Shown piece by piece: positions 59,250 to 64,000 of a stretch of 64,000 nt of DNA. Positions within the stretch are counted from its first letter, which is position 1. Every line of letters starts with the position of its first letter. The stretch is from the human T2T-CHM13v2.0 reference genome, Homo sapiens, in NCBI RefSeq assembly GCF_009914755.1, contig NC_060929.1; one strand, given 5' to 3'. The translations under genes were made by a program, and so were the position numbers. The notes below the pieces were generated by a model, which searched no databases, was not told where the DNA came from, and saw only the letters and a program-made list of their open reading frames with translations.

Positions 59250-61950
59250 CAGGCATAGCTCAGAGATACTGCAGGTTTGGTTCCAGACTACTGCAATAAA
59301 GCAAGTCACAAAGTTTTTGGTTTCCCTGTGTATATAGAAGTTATATTTTACAATGTAGTATAATCTATCAAGTGTGCAACAGCATTATATCTAAAGTAAT
59401 GTATACGCCATAATTTTAAAGTACTTAATTTAAAAAAAATGCTAACAATTAATCTGAGCCTTCAGCGAGTCATAATATTTTTGTTAATGGAAGATCTTGT
59501 CTCTGTCTTGGTGGCTGCTGACTGATCAGGGTGGTGGTTGCAGAACATTGGGGTGGCTTGGCAGTTTCTTAGGACAACAGTGAAGTTTGCCTCATTGATT
59601 GGCTCTTCCTTCTAGGAAATATTTTGTTGTAACATGCGATGTATGATAGCATTTTACTCACAGTAGAACTTCTTTCAAAATTACATTCAGTTCTCTCAAA
59701 CCCTGGTGCTGCCGTATCAACTGAGTTTATGTAGTATTCTAAATCCTTTGTTGTCATTTCAATAATGTTCACAGCATCTTCACCAGAAGTAGATTTCATC
59801 TCAACAAACCACTTTCTTTGTTCATCTATAAGAAGCAACTTCTCATCTGTTCAAGTTTTATCATGAGATTGCAGCAATTCAGTCACATCTTCAGGCTCTA
59901 CATCCGATTGTAGTTCTCTTGCTATTTCCTCCACATCTGCAGCGACTTCCTCCACTGATGTCTTTTGTTGTTTATTATTTCAATCCTGCTCCTCCTATAA
60001 CCACAGAAGTCTTGAATCCCTCAGAGTCATCCATGAGGACTGGATTCCAAACTCTTGTTAATGTTGATATTTTGACCTCCTCCCATGAATCACAGACGTT
60101 CTTAACAGCTTCTAGAATGTGTATCCTTTCCAGAAGGTTTTGAATTTAGTTTGCCCATATCCATCAGAGGAATCACAGTCTATGGCAGCTATAGCCTTAG
60201 GGAATTTATTTCTTTTTTTTTTTTTTTTTTTTGAGATGGAGTCTAGCTCTGTTACCAGGCTCGAGTGCAGTCGTACGATCTTGGCTCACTGCAACCTCTG
60301 ACACCCTGGTTCAAGCAATTCTCCTGCCTCAGCCTCCCAGGTGGCTGGGATTACAGGCACATGCCACCACACCCAGCTAATTTTTGTATTTTCAGTAGAG
60401 ATGGGGTTTCACTATGTTGGCCAGACTGGTCTCGAGCTCCTGACCTTGTGATCTGCCTGCCTCGGCCTCCCAAAGTGCTGGGATTACAGGTGTGAGCCAC
60501 CGGGTCCAGCCAGGAAATTTGTTTCTTAAATAATATGACTTGAAAGTTGAAAGTTCTTGATCTAGTTGATCTATTAGCTGCAGAATGGATATTGTGTTAG
60601 CAGGCATGGAAACAATATTAATCTCCTTGTGTATCTAATGGACCTCTTGAATGACTAGGTCCATTGTCAATGAACAGTAATATTTTAAAAGGAAACTTTT
60701 CTGAGCAGTAGATCTTAGTAGAAGTCTTATTTAGTATACTATACTGTAAACAGATGTGCTGTCTTTCAGGCTTTGTTGTTCCTTTTATAGAGCACAGGCA
60801 GAGTAGATTTAGCATCATTCTGAAGGGCCCTAGGATTTTCAGAATGGTTAGTGAGCATTGGCTGCAACTTCATGTCACCAGCTGCATTCTCTAACAAGAT
60901 AATCAGCCTGCCCTTTGAAGCTAGGCATTTACTTCTCCCTAGCAGTGAAAATCTGATATGGAATATTATTCCAATGGAAGGCTGTACGTACTGAAAATCT
61001 GTTGTGTAGTGTAGCTACTTTCAGCCGTTATCTAAGTTAGATCTTTTGGATAACTTGTTGCAGCTTCTCCATCAACATTTGCTGCTTCACCTTGTGCTTT
61101 TCCGCTATGGAGACAACGTCTTTCCATAAACTCATGAACCACCCTCTGCTAGCTTTCAACTTTTCTTCTAAAACTTCCTCACCTCTCTCGGCCTTCATAG
61201 AATTGCAGAGACTTAGGGCCTTGCTCTGGATTAGTCTTTGGCTTAGGGAATGTGGCTGGTTTGAACTTCTGTCCATAAAACTCAGACTTTGTGTATATCA
61301 GCAATAGGCTGTCTTGCTTTCTTATCATTTGTTTATTCACTGGAGTAACAATTTTCTCAAGAACTTTTTATTTGTGTTCACAACTTAGCTAATGTTTGGC
61401 ACAAGAAGCCTAGCTTCTGGTCTGTCTTGGCTTTCAACATGACTTCCTCACTAAGGTTAGTCATTTCTTGGTTTTGATTTAAAGTGAGAGATGCTCAACT
61501 CTTCCTTTCACTTGAACACTTAGAGGCCGTTGTAGAGTTCTTAATTGGTCTAATTTAAATATCATTGTGTCTCAGGAAATAGGGAGGCCTAAGGAGAGGG
61601 ACAGAGATAGGAAGAACAGCTAGCCAGTGGAGCAGTTAGAACGACACCATATTTATCAATCAAGTTTGCCATCTTATACAGCATGGTTTGTGGTACCTCC
61701 AAAACAATTAAAGTAGTAACATCAAAAATCACTGATCATAGATCACCGTAACACATATAATAATAATGAAAGGATATGAAATATTGTGAGAATTACCAAA
61801 ATGTGACACACAGACATGAAGTGAGCATGTGCTGCTGGAAAAAGGGCACCAATAAACTTGCCTGACGCAGTGTTGCCACAGACCTTCAATTTGTGAAAGA
61901 CACATTATCTTTGAAGCACAGTAAAGTGAATCACAATTAAGGTATACCTG
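59250..61950 (-). mobile_element. Full-length Tigger1 DNA transposon (decayed), interrupted by an Alu
   Basis: Termini CAGGCATAGCTC... and ...AGGTATACCTG|TA; ~2.4 kb without the Alu. Transposase remnants: CENP-B-type HTH (ASRGWF, 61037-61276) and DDE region (FKILLFIDNGPSH, 60618-60818). Confidence 0.92.
60213..60511 (-). mobile_element. Alu (AluSc-like) inside Tigger1
   Basis: Poly-T then antisense Alu; TSD AGG(G/A)AATTT(A/G)TTTCT. Confidence 0.93.
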
Positions 61951-62268
61951 TATTCACCTGTCCCTCATGCTCCATGACTTCTCAGCAAGACTTCCTCCAA
62001 GTCATCTTTCTCTAATGCCGATAACTGGACTTTCCCCTCCTTTACTCTTTCTTTTTTAACCTACTACTGCTTTGTACGTTCTCTGCATTACTGAGTTTCT
62101 CAAGTGAGTTGAAGGCAGGGTGTTTAGTGGCAAGTGGTATTTTGGAGGTAGGAGTGAGAAAAAAACACAAGGCTAGTGATGGCAGTTTTCTCCTCACTTT
62201 CTTTGGTTCCTCTTCCAACTAAAAAGAAAAGCAAATAAGAGAAAGGGTGCACATTAAAAAGGGATACC

Positions 62269-62583
<315 letters not shown>

Positions 62584-64000
62584 TTACTTGGGACTTGTGG
62601 TGTGTGAATTTCAAGTGTTCTTTCTCATATAGGGAAACCAGGTCCCTATTCATCAGTACCTGAGATGAAATACTCAGCATAGCCCAGCTGGGTATTTCAC
62701 TTAAATGAAGATGAAGCCAACTTTAGCTGAAGCAACTTTGTTGTCCTTTATCAAGACTGAGTAAGGGTGGGGGAAAATAAAATATTTTTTGACCGAGGAA
62801 GCTTTTTATCTCCTGAACATTTTCAGAGACATCTACTTGGACTTGAGAAGGCTGCTAGATTTCTCCAGGCTATAAGTCCTGTCAATCTCCTATATATAAG
62901 ATAGAGATGTTTTCTTTTACCCTAGTGTTTATCTCCACAAGTTCCTTCCCCACGATAGGCTTAGGGTAGGGGCCTCACTATTCACCTGCCTGGTAAGAAC
63001 TAAAAGACCCAAGTCTTCAATTCTAGCCGTGATGTAAGAAACAGGAATAGTTTTACCTAAAATTTTGTCAGTCCTGCTAATTTAAAATTTAGGCTTTTTG
63101 CTAGTTAGTGTTAAAGGATATTGTAGGTTAAGAAGGTTTTTGTCAGCTTCCTGGAGATCTAACCTCAGTATAATATTGTATAACATCATTTCTGTGAGTA
63201 AATATTTGTTAACTCTCAATAAGTGGAGTTTTATAAACTCAATGATATTTAAGGTGCAGGGTATTTAGTCTAAAAATTTACGTATAGTTTGTGCACTAGG
63301 GCTACTAAATCTAATTCACACAAAAGCACCACATTGCAGAATCCTAAGGAACAATCAAAGGTGGAATCAGTAGAGGAAGGTGTTATTAGGTGGTGTGAAT
63401 TTGAGGAAGAAAAAGGAGGAAGAAGGGATTAAAAAAAAGCTTTTTATTAAAGGAATAAAGAATCGAGCATCATCTCGATGAAGGATTGTCAAGATTCTTA
63501 AAGCTGAACATGTGCTAAAGTATAACAACTGGTGGATTGGTCTGAGCATCTAGGTAATTTGTGGGTGGATTAGTCTTTGCTGGTTAATCGTCCTGTTGAG
63601 GCTTTTACATGCTACAGAGTAGCTGTTAGGTGTGTCACTGCAGTAAAATCTGATTGCATTATTGTCTAGGTTATAAGTTTGTTGCTGAGATCATTGAATG
63701 CTGTGGTAGCAAACGTCTCATAAGAGCATGAAATGGTTTTTAGCAGCAGCCTCGAAGCTACTGGATGTATATAGAATAATGGAAAGACTGGTGGATATTC
63801 ATACATTAGATATTTGAGGATATATTGTGAGCAAGGACTTGTTGTCACCTAGAGGCAAGATTTTTTAGCAGAAACATGACTAATAAATCACTACACAAAC
63901 TGCTGTGGAAGCATATGTTAAGTCCCACAGGGAGCTCAAATGAAGGAGTCAGTAGGGGAAGCTTTTACAGAGGACTTACATTTAAGCTAGATTTTTACAG

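Overview
Primate (very likely human) genomic DNA, AT-rich and repeat-dense, matching my recollection of the 5q32 SPINK cluster-FBXO38 interval. It contains the complete four-exon SPINK9 (LEKTI-2) Kazal inhibitor gene (+, CDS 8124-12222, 86 aa). At ~56.1-56.9 kb is a CpG-rich, ETS/YY1-type promoter with a non-coding first exon, assigned to FBXO38 by synteny only. The main result of reading the sequence is that the apparently empty interval downstream of SPINK9 holds two decayed tandem paralogues of the SPINK9 unit: psi-A (~20.3-25.5 kb) and psi-B (~30.5-38.9 kb). Both keep exon remnants in the right order, a shared TSS-proximal motif and a shared intronic L3/CR1 fossil. Other items: an internally deleted L1PA with a re-initiated ORF0 fragment, a 647-codon open chimeric L1 ORF2 frame, a full-length Tigger1, old inverted L1s, nested LTRs and recent short tandem duplications. 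All alignments were done by eye; repeat subfamily names come from memory of consensus sequences and are approximate.
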